64,000 bases of DNA. Source: the human T2T-CHM13v2.0 reference genome, Homo sapiens. The stretch lies in NCBI RefSeq assembly GCF_009914755.1, contig NC_060933.1. One strand, written 5' to 3'. The notes beneath the pieces were generated by a model that had not been told where the DNA came from, did not search any database, and saw nothing but the letters and a program-made list of their open reading frames with translations. Shown here in pieces: positions 27,505 through 43,326 of the stretch (its first letter is position 1; the number at the start of each line of letters is the position of its first letter). The position numbers and the translations under genes are program-made.

Positions 27505-28208
27505 TATCATACTTCTTGGGTTGCCATAACATAATGCCACAGACTTGGTAGTTTAAACACAGAAATTTATTTTCTCACAGTTCTGGAGGCTGGAAGTCCA
27601 TGATCTAGGTGCCAGCCTTATTTTCTGCTAAAGCCTCTATTCCTGGCTTGCAGGTGGCCATCTACTCACTGTGTTCTCATCTGACCTTTCCTCTGTGTGG
27701 GTACACTCCTTGTGTACCTTCCTTTCACTATAAGAATACCAGTCCTGGGCCAGGCATGGTGGCTCACGCCTATAATCCCAGCACTTTGGGAGGCCAAGGC
27801 GGGCGGATCACGAGGTCAGGAGATCAAGATCATCCTGGCTAACAAGGTGAAAGCCCATCTCTACTAAAAATACAAAAAAATTAGATGGGCGTGGTGGCAG
27901 GTACCTGTAGTCCCAGCTACTCGGGAGGCTGAGGCAGGAGAATGGCGTGAACCCAGGAGGCAGAGCTTGCAGTGAGCCAAGATCACACCACTTCACTCCA
28001 GCCTGGGCGACAGAGTGAAACTCCGTCTCCTCAAAAAAAAAAAAAAAAAAAAAAAAAAGAATACCACTCCTGTTAGATTTGACATCCACACGTGTGATCT
28101 CACTTAAATTTAGTTAGCTCCTAAAATCACCTGTCTCAAATACAGTCACATTGAGAATTAGAGCTTCAACATATGAATTTTGGAGGGAACACAATTTGGT
28201 CCACAACA
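27505..28208 (-). mobile_element. MLT1 (MaLR) LTR interrupted by AluY
   Basis: AAACACAGAAATTTATTTTCTCACAGTTCTGGAGGCTGGAAGTCCA...TTCAACATATGAATTTTGGAGGGAACACAAT. Confidence 0.82.
27748..28058 (+). mobile_element. AluY
   Basis: GAATGGCGTGAACCC and GAGCTTGCAG diagnostics. TSD AAGAATACCA(G/C)TCCTG at 27732-27747 and 28057-28072. Confidence 0.95.
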
Positions 28209-28619
28209 TTGACATGTCCTATTGATTCAAATTAATGATCTCTTTTAAACAGTTGAAATTTCACTATAAAACACACAATTTTATATTTTAAGAAAAAAAT
28301 AGGATTTATATATTTCCCATATGCATTTATTAAGCAATATACTTCAACAATGTGAAACTGACATTTGTTCACTATTATCCGTATTAAATTTATACAAAAT
28401 TGCAATTCCTATACAATTGCACCACTGTAAAATTTTGTGTAATGAATTCGATAGCCTAAAGTGAATCCATGAGTTGAAGCAACAGATTTTTTAATATATT
28501 TCAGTAGTACTTTTTACAAATATATAGCAGTGTCTGTATATCTAATCAATCAAACTACATTGGCTGCTGTGATACATGATCCTAATCTATGTTAATGACA
28601 GCGAGATGTATTCTACACA

Positions 28620-28945
28620 CAGCTGATGGTGCTTCAAATTGACAGCTTCAGCTGTCAACCCTCGTAAGAAATAGCCCTTGATTTGAAACAGCTGCCTCAT
28701 CCAATATTATCTCCCACTCTCCTAGGAAATCTTGCATCCAGTGACTTGCCCACCCTAGTATAAGAAGGCCCATTCTCACCACAATGCAGGACAGCTTGGA
28801 AGAGCCATTACAGCCACCTAGCTCCTTGTGGCTGACTGAGATCATTTTTGTGACTACGTCTCACCCAACATCTCATTCTTCCTAATCCTGTTTCCTTCCT
28901 TCACCTTCCAAAGAGCATACCTGGGGAACTCAAGCTGCAACCACA
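28620..28945 (+). mobile_element. LTR16-like (ERVL) LTR fragment
   Basis: ACAGCTGCCTCATCCAA...GCATCCAGTGACT...GTATAA...GGACAGCTTGGAAGAGCCATTACAGC resembles LTR16C. Confidence 0.6.
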
Positions 28946-29011
28946 ACAGATAATCTTTGTAGCACTGTTAAAGGCATTAATAAGACACAATAGGTCAAAG
29001 ACATATTTATA

Positions 29012-30525
<1,514 letters not shown>

Positions 30526-31247
30526 TTTTAAAAAGCAAGAAGATGAAGCATCAATATTTCTTACAAGTAGTAAGGAGAATAATTCTATTGTGATATTTTG
30601 TTAGTTACATAGATTATTTATGAAATTAAGAGAAATATAAAATCAGTTGTCTAAGCTTTGTTTAGTAAAATATGAATTAAGCAATTGCAGAACAATAATT
30701 GTAGCAATGAGCCATCTTATGCTTTATAACATTTTTGTAAATTGCAAATCTACTTGACTTGCATTAAAATGTATACCAAAGTTACTCTGAGGTTTTTTTT
30801 TTTTTAAAGGAGAGACTCATTTTTCCCCATGTTACAGAAGTTTATTTAGGCTCTGTCAAATGCTGGTCATCGTGTTTGGCACTACTGTTTATGACTGTAA
30901 TCCCAACAGTTAGCATAGTGCCTGGGAAATCATACTCCCCTGATTACTTCTTCATGCATAAGTGAGTAATGACAGTACTTGGGATCAGGACACCTGAACT
31001 TAATTGCCAGTTCTCTCTTGCCTGGGTTATAGAATCTTTTCTTTTACTTTTCTGCTCTTAAAATGATTAGCTGTAAATTAATTCTGAAAATAATAATAGC
31101 TATACCAAAATGTAGACAATGAAGCTCCAATGAGTAGTTTATGCAAAAAAGTAATATAAATAATAAATAACAATACACATGTTGTGATTATCCTTATCTC
31201 ATTCATACTATACAGAATAAAATGCTACATTTCATATTATAAAATGC

Positions 31248-31782
31248 TGACAAAGAAGGCCTTAACTTTCCCCTCAGTTTGCTAAACTTCATACAGGCTT
31301 CTTTCAGACTCAAGGCCCCTTACCTCTTAGGTAATTTTCTTTAAAACTTTGTCGCTTAAATTCTCTTTTTTCTTTGAGCTGTAAATATTTTTGAAAAGCC
31401 TGTCATTAGTTTCACATCCCACAAATGCCTTTCTCAAAGACCAGGGAGTAATGTAATCATCAATGAGCCCTATCCCAGTCTTTATGGGAAGGTAGGAGCC
31501 TAACTTTGTCGTATATCATTTGTGCATATCTTGCTCCAAATTGTAAAACTGCCCCTTGCTCAAAAGACATGAGAAAGTTTATTTTCCTTTCAGTAAAGCC
31601 AATCAGCAAACACAGATTGCCCATCATCCTTCTTTCATACTAATGTTTAAAATGCCTTGAACCCCTTTTTCAGCAGATTTGAGTTCAGGCTGAGTTCTGG
31701 CCTCTCTCTCCTATTGCAATATTCTTGAATAAAGTTTCCCTTTCCTGTTTAACTTATTCTAATACAATTTTTTGCTTTGATA
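31248..31782 (+). mobile_element. Solo MER67-like LTR (ERV1)
   Basis: TGACAAAGAAGGCCTTAACTTTCCCCTCAG start, CCAAT, and AATAAA near the end. 4-bp TSD ATGC at 31244-31247 and 31783-31786. Confidence 0.72.
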
Positions 31783-32709
31783 ATGCCAAGTAAAAATTTA
31801 TTATCAAAAAGCTACCCTTTCTGAAACGTTTCAATATGTGTAAAGGAAAGAAACAAAAGGAGAAAAAATACAGTGGAAGAATCCAATGAGAACCTGTAGA
31901 AGCTGGTAGAAGCTAGTTGAAAAATATTTTCATTAAACACTGGCTGTTATCCATGAAGTTACAGAGGTGGAGGAGGTGAGGACACTCTGAAAAATTATGG
32001 TACCTCAGGATACCACAATTTCTTGCTAAGAAGCTCAGATCGAGGATGCACATGTTAAATGATCCAGTGGTCATATTTTTTCCAGACATATATAGAAAAA
32101 TAAATAATAAAAAGAAAGTAGTATTCTCCCCAAATTGTACAAATGTCAAAAAATATAGCCACCCTCCTGAGTGTTATTGTGCCTTGCTGTCTAACCCAGG
32201 CAGAATCATCATTCCTTCTGTCGAAACACACTGAAAATAATGTGTAAAGAATTGGAGGTACTCTTTCATATTTCCCGTGATGAATTAACATCATGATAGT
32301 CCCCATACTCAGCTGCCTGCTCTCAGCAAAGTGAAGCAAATTGAAGGATAATATAGAAGATGCCAAGAATTAATAACCTCTGGAAAGGGTGGTCACTTTT
32401 AAGTCATGCTACAAAGTTACTACTGTTTCCAAGAAGGCTAAATAAGAAGAATCTCCTCCCTATAAATAGTCATGTGTATAATTATTTATTCCTTTCCAAA
32501 CACTGGCACTCAGTGTCTCAGAAGCTGACATTAAGATGTTTATTGAGAATAAGTTTAAATATATTTATTACAAAAGTAAGGCTACATATTATAGAAAATG
32601 TTGAATGCATAAACAGGCAAAAGGAGTAGGAAGCTAAAATCACTTACAAAACCACAATCTAATTATAGCCACTGTTAACAGCTGTGAAATTTACTTCCAG
32701 GCATTTACA

Positions 32710-32940
32710 GATTAAGATTTTAGCTGGTACTATAAAGCAGGCATTGATCTAACTACTATATAAACAGCATTGCATTTAATTCTCACAATAGGTTTTAAAA
32801 TGGGGATTATTCTTATTTATATTTTACAATAAAAAATAAGCACAGTAAGGGTTAGTAACTTCCTAAGTTCACAGTTTTTAAGTGATCAAGCCAGATTTTA
32901 CTTAGTCAATTTGGCTTCACAGCTCATGCTCTAATATAAC
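32710..32940 (-). mobile_element. MIR within an old L1ME-like fragment
   Basis: CATTTAATTCTCACAATAG...ATTTTACAAT...GGGTTAGTAACTTCCTAAGTTCACA. Confidence 0.65.
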
Positions 32941-33429
32941 GTAATGTCTATAAGAAAACCCTTATTTTGGGAAATTTGTCGAAATTTTTCACTATTATAC
33001 ACAAATAAATTTTGAGCTTCTTATAGTCAAATTTCTGGGCATATTTTCCTACATATCTCCTTAGAATGAATTTCTATAAAGAGACTAATTAGTCAAAGAG
33101 CATGCCCATTTTAAAAACTTTGATGCCAATTGCCAAATTGCCCTCAGTATAGGTTTTACCAATTTTCTCTCCATTTACACTATAAGAAAGAGTCTCTTTA
33201 TTTTTGCCCTCTCACTTTAGATTGTTTTCTATCCCACTTGCACCTCCACTGTATCTAAAAATTTAGGCCAACACAACATATATTGGAAATAAAAATTGTA
33301 TTAGAATTTTTATTTATTTATTTGTCAGAAAGCACTATAGGGACACACTTGTACTAACTTCGTTTTCTAGTTATTTTGCGTTGCGCTTTTAATTCATCTT
33401 AGTTTAATTTCACTAATTGTAATAGTTCA

Positions 33430-34270
33430 GGACATAGTAAGTGCAGGCTACTCTGTTAGGTACAGTAAATAACACAAAGAAAAATAATATTATTTCTGCT
33501 CTTAATTAGCTTAGGGAGAAGTTATCCATGTAAACAGCTTATGTGTAAGACAGAAAGAAGACCTTGTTAATTACAGATACAAATAGAGTATTATTGTTAC
33601 AGAAGGGTGAATACAAACATTTCATTAATTCTGATTGAAGTGATCCAGGAGGCCTTTGTCATGGAGTTACTTTTACTGTTGAGACCTAAACAAGAAAGAC
33701 TATTTGGGTGGGTGGAAGAAAGGTTGAAGGACACACATGAGCCAGGGAACATTAAAAAACAAGCAACAAAGACATAAAAGTGTATAATGTTTTCTGAAAA
33801 TAATAAATTGAAATTGTAGGAAGATCTGTTTCCTTATTATGAGTTGAGGGCATTTGGTGGGAGATGCCTTGATTGTTCCAGTTATGAATATAAATTTTAT
33901 TTATTTATACAAACAAGTTATTCTATCAGCTCTCTAATCAACACTGCCCCAAAGAGGGCCAGGTATCTACACTTACAAAATTTGCTGCATTAGCTAGTCA
34001 TTAAGAAAAATGTGTAATAAGCACTTGTTTTGTGCCCTACACTGTTCTAGGCACTGGTGAGAGAGAAATATGCCTAGATCCCTCTTTCAGGCAACTTACA
34101 TTTACATTAAAAAAATCTAAAAATAAGAAAAATAATTAGTAGTAACAGCTACTAATTATTAGTAGTAACAGCTACTAAAAATAAAACCAGAAGTTGAGAT
34201 AGATAAGATACAGCCAGTCAAGCAAATATCTGAGGAGCATGTTGCAAGCAGAATGAAAAGAACCTGCAGT
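33430..34270 (-). mobile_element. L2 fragments
   Basis: AGCACTTGTTTTGTGCCCTACACTGTTCTAGGCACTGG (L2 3' end) and related degenerate sequence. Confidence 0.55.
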
Positions 34271-35964
34271 CAGCAGCTACTTGTCACAGGGAGAAGGCTA
34301 AATGATTGTGACACTGACAATTGCTACCCTCAGTTTATATAAAAATTACCATCACCTTTAGCCTCCTTTCCAAAATTATTTGAAACCTATTCACTTTCTT
34401 TTTTGTCTATTCAGGGAGAATGTGAAGGAAATCCAAAAAGTATCACTTTATTTTTTATTTATATCTGTTGAGTTACTGGAACTTCTTTCCTAGTTACTAA
34501 ATAGCCTCCTGCTTATCCCTAGATGTTTAGTAATCAACATCCATTGTCCCTCTTAGTTCTGCCTTTCCCATCCAGCCTCACATGCCAGCCTCTTTGCTGT
34601 TTACCCAGATCATATAAAACTTCAAGAACTCTTTAAATATTACATTCAAAGAAAATTGATGTAACATCAGATGATGTTTTGATGAAGATTTGTGGACCTG
34701 AGAAATTACTGTAAAAGAGGCTTTCTATCAAAACCCACCTTTTATTCTGGTCCAAATTAGGCTTACTCCTTTCCACATAAGTCAATGTCAGTTTGATTAC
34801 TACTGACATTCATCAGTAGTTCGATGCAATTTTTTTTAAATTTTATTTTCTCTTTTTGCTGGGGTATCATACATTTTTTGAAATACACTTTGTAGAATAA
34901 CACTATCAATATAAAACTATTTTCTTCCTTTCATTAAGTGCATTTTTATTTGTCTAAATATGATAATTGTAGTAGCTCTGCAAAGAAATTTATATATATT
35001 GTTATAATTATGAACCATTTTGACAAAAAGAGCAAATCAGCATTTTTTAACCCTAATGGGACCTAAACTATATAGTCATTCATCAGCATATATAATCATA
35101 CAATACTTCTACTAATGAGAATTTTAAAAATTGTGTGGGCTTATACACAATTTACAGGAGCATCACCCTAAAAAAAAAACGGGGAAAAAAAAAGTAGCTA
35201 ACTATTTATCAGATAGCTTATTGTACACCAGGCTTGGCCATTTAAAATCCTGTTTCTCAGATTTTTGAAATATTCCTACTATGGCTCTAAAATGACTACT
35301 AAGCTTTTGTATTTATCTGTCTTGGGGAAGGAACTTCTTTGGGGGTTTCCAGTTATCTAGAGATTGTCACTTGATGTATTACTTTAATCATTTTGTTGTT
35401 TTAATCAATGTGTACGTGTGCTCAGAGAGATGTTAGGAGCATAATATAATGAATGCCAAAAATAACAAGCAGGAAAACCTCTGGGTCCTGTCGAATTCCA
35501 AAATATAATATAATCTCTGAACCAAATGAAAGTGTCCCTGCTCTAATTTGTTCAAAGGAACATGATCAATTTATCTCCTCCCAAAGAGAAATAAAGGGAA
35601 GGAAAATGTAAAGGCAGTTGGAGTCTCAAATATATTCAGAGATGCTCTGAACATGTCAAATAAATGTCACTTTCACCTGAGGAAAAGAACTTTAGAAATA
35701 AATGTTGCAAAGATACACAGTATGTCCTTTTAGTTAGTGTTCTAAAGAAAAATAAAGTATGTTCAGGCATCTGAAAATGAACAAACCCTAGCAGAATCTA
35801 GTTTTTAAGTTATTTTTTCTCGTTAAATGCAACTTTAATTTTTGGTAGGATTATACTTCACTGTAATCATTGCATTACATAAGACATCATTGTTGTATTA
35901 TAATGTGCATACACTTTTTCCCTTTAGAAAATTTTGAATTACATATAGGCTCTCATTATATTTC

Positions 35965-36280
35965 TTTTTGTTTGTTTTTTTGTCAAATAATAATTATGTA
36001 TATTTGTGGTGTACAATGTGACGTTTTGATCTATGTAGTCATTATAGAAACATTCAAGCAAACTAATTAAGATACCGATCACCTCATCAACTTATAAATT
36101 ATGTTGTAATGAGAACATTAACAACTCTTTTAGCAATTTTGAAATACACAATACATTGTTATTAACTGGGGTCACCACATAGTGCAATGAAGCACTAAAT
36201 CCTATTCCTCCAGTCTAATGGAAAGTTTGAACCTTTCGATCAACATCTTCCCTTTCCCCATACCTCCCCTCTTCCCCAAG
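35965..36280 (-). mobile_element. L1MA 3' end
   Basis: TATTTGTGGTGTACAATGTGACGTTTTGAT...TTTAGCAATTTTGAAATACACAATACATTGTTATTAAC. Confidence 0.8.
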
Positions 36281-36584
36281 TTCTTATTCAAATGATGTAT
36301 ATAATGAGTCTAACAGTTACGATACCAGTCATCATTTCTCATACTTTTACTAAATGCTAGGCAGTAAAGTAAGGACATTAAAACATTACCCCATTCTAAT
36401 TTCCACAAGTATCTAAGAGGAAAGTTAGCTCTTTTTATCTTTTTTTTGTTTGTTTTTTAGCAAACTGAGGCTCTGAGATTTTAAGCAACAGAGATGAATG
36501 AAAACAAGCAAACAAAAAACAAGCTAAGCTTACATCAGAAATCCTTTCATGTTTATAACATTTTAGTTCTTCATATGTGTGCAC

Positions 36585-36585
<1 letters not shown>

Positions 36586-36617
<32 letters not shown>
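36586..36617. repeat. (TG)n microsatellite
   Basis: Direct reading of the sequence. Confidence 0.95.
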
Positions 36618-36619
<2 letters not shown>

Positions 36620-37434
36620 CATGATGTTTTAACAAGAGATGCAGATGTTTCAACTTTAGGCCTCCTGTGTTCCTTACCTTTCCCCCCTCTCTACGTTACA
36701 TGATTAGCTCACTCTTTGCACATCCCAACTTGGCAGGTCCCAACTTCTATGGGTCTTTGGTTTCTCATTTGCTTGATTTATTTAATCATAATGGTATTCC
36801 TTCATTTCTCTTCCCCATCTTAATGTCTCTTCCTGTCCTTAAAAGTCAGCTCAGAAATCCTCTTTTCATTAAATTTTTCCTTGACCTTCTCAGTCTACCA
36901 GGGGATTCACTGGGTTGGAGTGATGTGTTATAACTGGGGTTATTACTGGTTTACTTTTCTATGCTTTCCCAGTGTCTTTAATTTTTTTTCTTTTATCTCC
37001 CTAATCCATCATCTACTTAATGCCAAATACATAAATAACAATTGTTTTGTTTCTTATTACTTTGCTGCATCTCTCAACAGAAAATACTTAGGACAAAACA
37101 GAGGATTAAAAAAATAAATTTCCAACCATTATGAATCAGAATGCATTATGCTTGCATTCTTTTAAAACACAAGTGTAGATAATAAGGCTTGCAGTATATC
37201 TTAATGAAGTAAAATGTTATTTTGCTCTTGCTTTGAAATTACGTAAATAGAATGGTTAGATTATTTATGATGATTTAAAGACCCACTATTTTTCTTCCTG
37301 TCCTCAAAACTCATGCTGTTAATTTCAGTGAATTGATAAGACAATTTTCTGAAATAATTGTAAAATGAAAGATTATTTGCCATTTTTAAGGAGAGTATAA
37401 ATAAATTCAGAGAAACAGTTCTAATTTAGGGGTA

Positions 37435-38460
37435 GAATCAACAATAAGAAAATAAAAAACCCAATTTTAAGGTGGGCAAAATAAATAAACAGGCATCTTA
37501 CCAAAGAAGATACAAAAAGATGCTCCACATCATGTGTCATGAGGGAACTGCAAATTAAAATAGCAATGAGATATCCCTACCTACCTATTAGAATGACCAA
37601 AATCCAAAGTACTGACAACACCAAGTGCTGGCAAGGATGTGCAGCAATAGTAGCTGTCATTCATAGCTGATGGGAATGCAAAACGGTACAGCCACTTTGA
37701 AAGACAGTTTGGTAGTTTCTTACAAAACTAAACATGCAGTTACGATATGATCTAGCAATGCTCCTTAGTATTTACCAAAATTAATTGAAAACTTAATGTC
37801 CTCACAAAAACTTGCACATGGATGTTTAGAGCAGCTTGATTCATAATTGCGAAAATTCAAAGGCAGCCAAGATGCCCTTCAGGAAGTGAGTAAATAAATG
37901 AACTGTGGTACATTCAGACAATGGAATGTCATCCAGCCATAAAAAGGAATGAGCTATCAAGCCATGAAAATATGTGAATGAAACTTGAACGCATATTACC
38001 AAGTGATATAAGCCAATATGAAAAGGCTACATACTGTACGAGTCCAACAATATGACATTCTAGAAAAGGCAAAACTATGGAGACACTAAAATGATCAGTA
38101 GTTGCTATGGGTTAGGGAGAGGGAAGGATGAATTGGCTGAGCGCAGAAGATTTTGTGACAGTGAAACTATTGTGTATGATACCACAAGTGGTGGATAGAT
38201 GTCAATACAATACACATGTGTTAAAATCCGTAGAATTTATAATACCAAGATTGAGCCCTAATGTAAACTATGTACTTTTAGTGCTAGTGATGTGTCAGTG
38301 TAGGTCCATTGAATGAAACAATGTACCACTCTGATAGGAATATTGATAGTGGAGGAGGCTCTACATGTGCGAGGGCAGAACATACTGGAACTCTGTACTT
38401 CGCATTTCTCTATGAACCTAAAACTGTCCTAAAAATTAAAGTCTATTAAAAATTTTTTAA
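37435..38460 (+). mobile_element. L1MC-type 3' portion
   Basis: ORF2-end DNA, then GAAAAGGCTACATACTGTA...CCCTAATGTAAACTATG...AACCTAAAACTG 3' UTR. Confidence 0.85.
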
Positions 38461-38633
38461 AAGAGCCAACAAGATAGGAATGAATATGGCATTAAACATT
38501 AAGTTAATGTTAGCATTAGGAAATGTAAGTATTCAAGTGTTTCTCTCTTTGAATGGCTGGCTCACCTCCAGGTATGATCCAAGTGTTACTGTTTAAGATT
38601 TTTAATATTTAGCATTTATTAAAAGGAACTATT

Positions 38634-38848
38634 CCAGCCTGGGCAAAATGACAAAACTCTGTCTTTACAAAAAATACAAAAATTAGCCAGGCATGGTAGT
38701 GTATACCTGTAGTACCAGCTACTTGGGAGGCTGAGTGGGGAGGAGCACCTGAGCCTGGGGAGGTCGAGAGTGCAGTGAGCTGAGATCACACCACTGAACT
38801 TCAGCCTGGGCAACAGAGTGAGACCCTGTCTCACACACATGAAAAAGA
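38634..38848 (+). mobile_element. 5'-truncated AluJ
   Basis: End of left arm plus right arm (GAGGTCGAG). Flanked by GAACTATT on both sides. Confidence 0.88.
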
Positions 38849-38864
38849 GAACTATTACACAATT

Positions 38865-39055
38865 GTTCTGTATGATACTGTTCTGCAGGATACTACAATG
38901 GTGGATACATGTCATTATGCATTTATTAAAACTCAAAAATATTCAACACCAAGTTTGAGCCTTAATGTAAACTATGGACTTTGAGTGAAAAGGATGATAG
39001 GGACGTGTCAATCAATGTAGGTCCATTGAATGTAACAAGGTACCACTCTGATAAT
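38865..39055 (+). mobile_element. Second L1MC 3' UTR fragment
   Basis: Similar to 38165-38335. Confidence 0.75.
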
Positions 39056-39944
39056 GGACACAAAAATGTTTGTTAGTAAAAAGATGTACATTGTTATTTT
39101 ATTATAACATATATATATACAGGAAGATGATTTCAAAGTGGTCCGGGATCTTTTCCTATGATTTGACATAATCCATTAGACAGATTTAGAGTTCAATATC
39201 ATTGAACTCAAAGGGCCCGGGGTTGGACTGGGGAAGGTAATGTGAGAAGGAGGGTGTAATCCCAGGGTCTTGCCAATTTTTCCCTCAACACTGTCTTCTG
39301 CTCCTTTGTAACAGCAAATCTGAGCATAGATACGTGGTGGGAGTAACACTACTTAAATGCATCAAACAACTGTACCCACCAATGGCATTTTAGCCTCAGA
39401 CTTAATATAACACTTTACACCTGAAATCATCTTGTAATACTATTTTTCAGAATAAGATATTTTATGTTCTGAAGTTGATAATTCTTGCTAGTGATTTGGT
39501 AAATGTTAAATATTTTTCAATACTTTATAGGTATTAATAATAAAAAGTAAAAGTCATATTTTAACAACCATATTTTCTTTTAAAGTCTCTTAAATTGTTG
39601 CTTTCTCAAAAATGCAAGTTTTTTTTTAACTAGTAAGTAGTATGGTCTCTTTAATTTCCGCTATGTGTATGAATTCACATGGACATATACTAATAAGTGT
39701 ACATAAAAATAGTTCTGTTGAAGTAGTGACGCTAATGAGAATTTATTATAGTTTCTTAAGATATCTTTTAATAATACTAAATTATGACATTATATAATGA
39801 CTAGGTTGGCAAAATAAATTCCTATGAAATATGCAGCAAGTTTAGTTTTTTATAAATCACTGTATTACTTTTGAATATTATATTTCCTTAAAAAAGAATA
39901 ATCATTATGGAGCATATACAAATTGAAGTAAAAAAATCACATAA

Positions 39945-42485
39945 AATAGGTAAAGCCACTACAGACCATCACTCCCACTGATTATAACAAAAATTCCTGA
40001 CAAAGTACGAAAATATTAATTACTTGAACTCTGAAGAGTAGGCAAAATCAGGAAGACTGTGGAGGATAGTTAATACTTGGAGGATCAGTCAGATATGTTT
40101 CTTTTTCTTTTTCTTTCTCTTTCTCTTTTCTTTGAGACTTACCACGGTGGAGCCCTGCAGGGGCTACAGTACAAATGGCTGAAACATCAAGAGAAGCTTC
40201 CTGTCTTCCTAGCCAGAGGAACCAGGATAACTTGCCCCACTAAGCTGCAGAGTGTAAGGAGACTCCTAGACCAAAAACAGTCAGAGAAGGGGATCCTGTA
40301 ACTCTGTGATGAGCCTGCACAATTTTCAGGCTCTCCCCTGAACTACACTTATCTGGAACAAACCTAAATCAGCACAGCAAAAGTACTGAGAGCTGAACTG
40401 AGATTTGAAGCACTGCCTACATTTCAAACTGTCCTGTGAGCCATGGGAGCACAGAAAGTTTCCAACAAATGTGGCAAATACCTTAAAAAGTGGTATGATA
40501 ATTGAACTGATGCCCACAAAAAGTGAGACAAAACTTACAGTCTGAAACTAACTGGGGTAACTGCCTGAAAAAAAACCAAAAAAAACAGATTTTTCGGAGG
40601 ATTGTAACTGGACCTGGAGTCACACAGCATATTCAAAATGTCCAAGATGTAACCCTAAATTACTCAAGATATAATTACCCAGGAAAATGTAATGAATTCT
40701 CAAGCAAAAAGACAAGTAAGGGATGCCATTTCCAAAATAACCCAAATATTGAAATGATCAAATAAAGATTGTAAATCGGTTGTAACCCACCTATATGAAG
40801 CAAAAGAAGACTCACTTGAAATCAGTGCACTACTCAGCCCAGAAATAAAAACTATAAAGAACACCAAATGGAAATTTTAGAAATAAAAATTATATCTTAA
40901 ATTAAATATATATATTTACATATATATGTTATGGTGACAATAGCAGAACACATAGCAGATTTAAAGATAGGTCAATAGAAATTGTAAAATCTGAAGAAAT
41001 AAAAAAATTAACATAGCTGCAAGGACATGTAGTAAAATATTGTCAAAAGTTCTAACAAATGTGTTGAGTATCAAATGAAAAGGAGAAAGACAGCGGAGCA
41101 GAAAAAATATCCAGTGAAAATATCCTTCAAGAATGAAGGCTAACTAACAGCGTTTTCAGATGAAGAAAAACTGAGAGAATTCATCAACAGCATAACTGCT
41201 CGACAAGAAATGATAGGAAAGTTTTTCCAGCTGAAGATAAATAATATCAAATGCCAATACGGATCTTCAGTAATGAAGTAATAACAAGAGAAATGGTAAA
41301 TACATGAGTAAATGTTTAAAAATCCTGTATTCTCTTGAGTTCTTTAAAATATGTGTGACTGTTTGCAACAACTATTTTAACATTTTCAGGTGTGATTCTA
41401 AATATAGGAGGATATAATATATATTATAGTTCTAGAATAGTTTTGGAGGGGGTGTTAAAGGGACTTGTAACAATTTTCCTACATTTTATATGAAGTCATA
41501 TAATATTAGTTCGAAGTCAACTTTGAAAGTTTATATGTTATACTATAATCCCCAGAGCAAACACACACACACACACTCATAAAATATTTCCAAAAGTCAA
41601 GCTAAATTAAAATGAAATAACAACAAAAAAAATCCAACAATTCCAAAGAGTATATGCAAGGGGGAAAAGAGAATGAACAAAAAGCAAATAATACATCGAT
41701 GAAACTATAGTGAACAAACAAAAAACAAATAATACGTTGGTGACATACTCTAACCATATGTCATTAATTAAATGGAAATACCCTGAAAACGTCAATTAAA
41801 AGGCAGATATTAATATTATCAATAAAAATCATGACCTACTATATGCTGCCTTTATGATAAAAATTGAAATAAGACATAGACAGATGGAAGAATGGAAAAA
41901 TATACATCAGGAAAACAGTAAGCATAATACTGAGCTAACAATTTCAACCTCAGTCAACTTCAGGACCAAACATTGTCTGGGATAAAGATGAATTTAACAT
42001 AATGACTAAATGGACAATTTATCAGGAGAACATAACATTTATAAATGTATAAACACATACCTAACAACTATGTCTCAAAATACATAAAGAAAATTGAGAA
42101 ATTAAAAAGAGTAATACACAGTTCCAAAGATAGAGTATAAATTATTAAGACTCTTGAAATTATTAAGACTCTTGTCTCAGTAATTGATATAAAAACTAGA
42201 CAAAATAGCTGCAAAACATAGAAGGTCTTAATAATCTTAATAACACTACCAACCAGCTAGAGGTAATTGACATTTATAAAACTATAACCAAGAACTGCAG
42301 AATACACATTCTTTGTAAGTATGCATGCTACAGTCACCAAGATAGACTACATACAGGCTCATAAAATAAGTCTCAATAATGTAAATGCATTGGAAATAAT
42401 TGACCAAAATAGAATTCACAGAAAATCCCAAATTCCTGGAAATTAAAAATTGTTAAATAATATATGGGTCAAATGGAAATATAAA
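39945..42485 (+). mobile_element. Old L1M 5' region, ORF1 and ORF2 endonuclease fragments
   Basis: ATATCCAGTGAAAATATCCTTCAAGAATGAAGG (ORF1 YPAK region) and EN-like AACTGCAGAATACACATTCTTT...CACCAAGATAGAC. Confidence 0.7.
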
Positions 42486-43326
42486 TTTGTTGTAAATGAC
42501 AGTATTGTATTTTGATTGGATCATCTCCAGTGTTGCTTATTTGTATATTTTTTTTCTGCAAATTATATCTAATGTAGCCCAAGCTATCCGCTGAGCTGTA
42601 CCCAACAGTGACCAGCAAAGGCGGCTAGTTTTAAAGAACCACCATAGTTTAAAGAACTACCATAAGTGAAGGATGATGCATATTTGCAACTTAGTTATTT
42701 GTTCTAAGTAGTCAAAATTTTGAACCTCAGGGTCAGTTTTTGGACCCAAGCTAGAGAGAGAGGAAAAAATTCTCCCTCAGAGCTTCACTAGATTTACTTT
42801 AGCCCTTGAGCCCATGACTGGCCTGTAAACAAAATCACAATTCTTTATACTACACCCTTTACACTTAAAAAAAATTAAAAATTTTAAAAACATAAGTTTT
42901 TGCTTTATTTAAGGTCTGATATCACTTTCTATAAAAATGATAATAGCTAGTGTGCATTGAGTGCTTAATATTGTATACTTAACTTGTTTCTAGTTTTTCA
43001 CTATTACATACACTCTTTTCCACACCTGGGCAAAATTTGTTTTTATGAATTTTTAAAACACTTTATATATGAACTTACTTACATAAGGACTACGTTTAAA
43101 GCTTGTTATTATATGGTTTACTTTCAGTATTTCCTGCAAAGTCCTTGCTATTTTCTCTTTGCCATCCCTTTGTCCTGTTTGTCACTTCATGTACCCTTAA
43201 ATAAATAAATTACTTATGCACAAGTTTATCCATGTGGTCTTCACTGAGGATCAATATATTACGATTTACACATTTTGTAATATATATTTTACAAAATAAA
43301 AGTAGAAGCTAAAATTTATTGGATAT

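Noticed and set aside
34130-34178. Short tandem duplications here and near 15750-15820, 42138-42175 and 42625-42665
   Set aside because: Ordinary two-copy slippage events with no further structure.
39123-39242. Possible exon (AG...AAG/GTAATG) containing a 9-bp hairpin GAGTTCAAT-ATC-ATTGAACTC
   Set aside because: No polypyrimidine tract and the most plausible frame contains a stop. Such motifs are common by chance and cannot be supported without transcript data.
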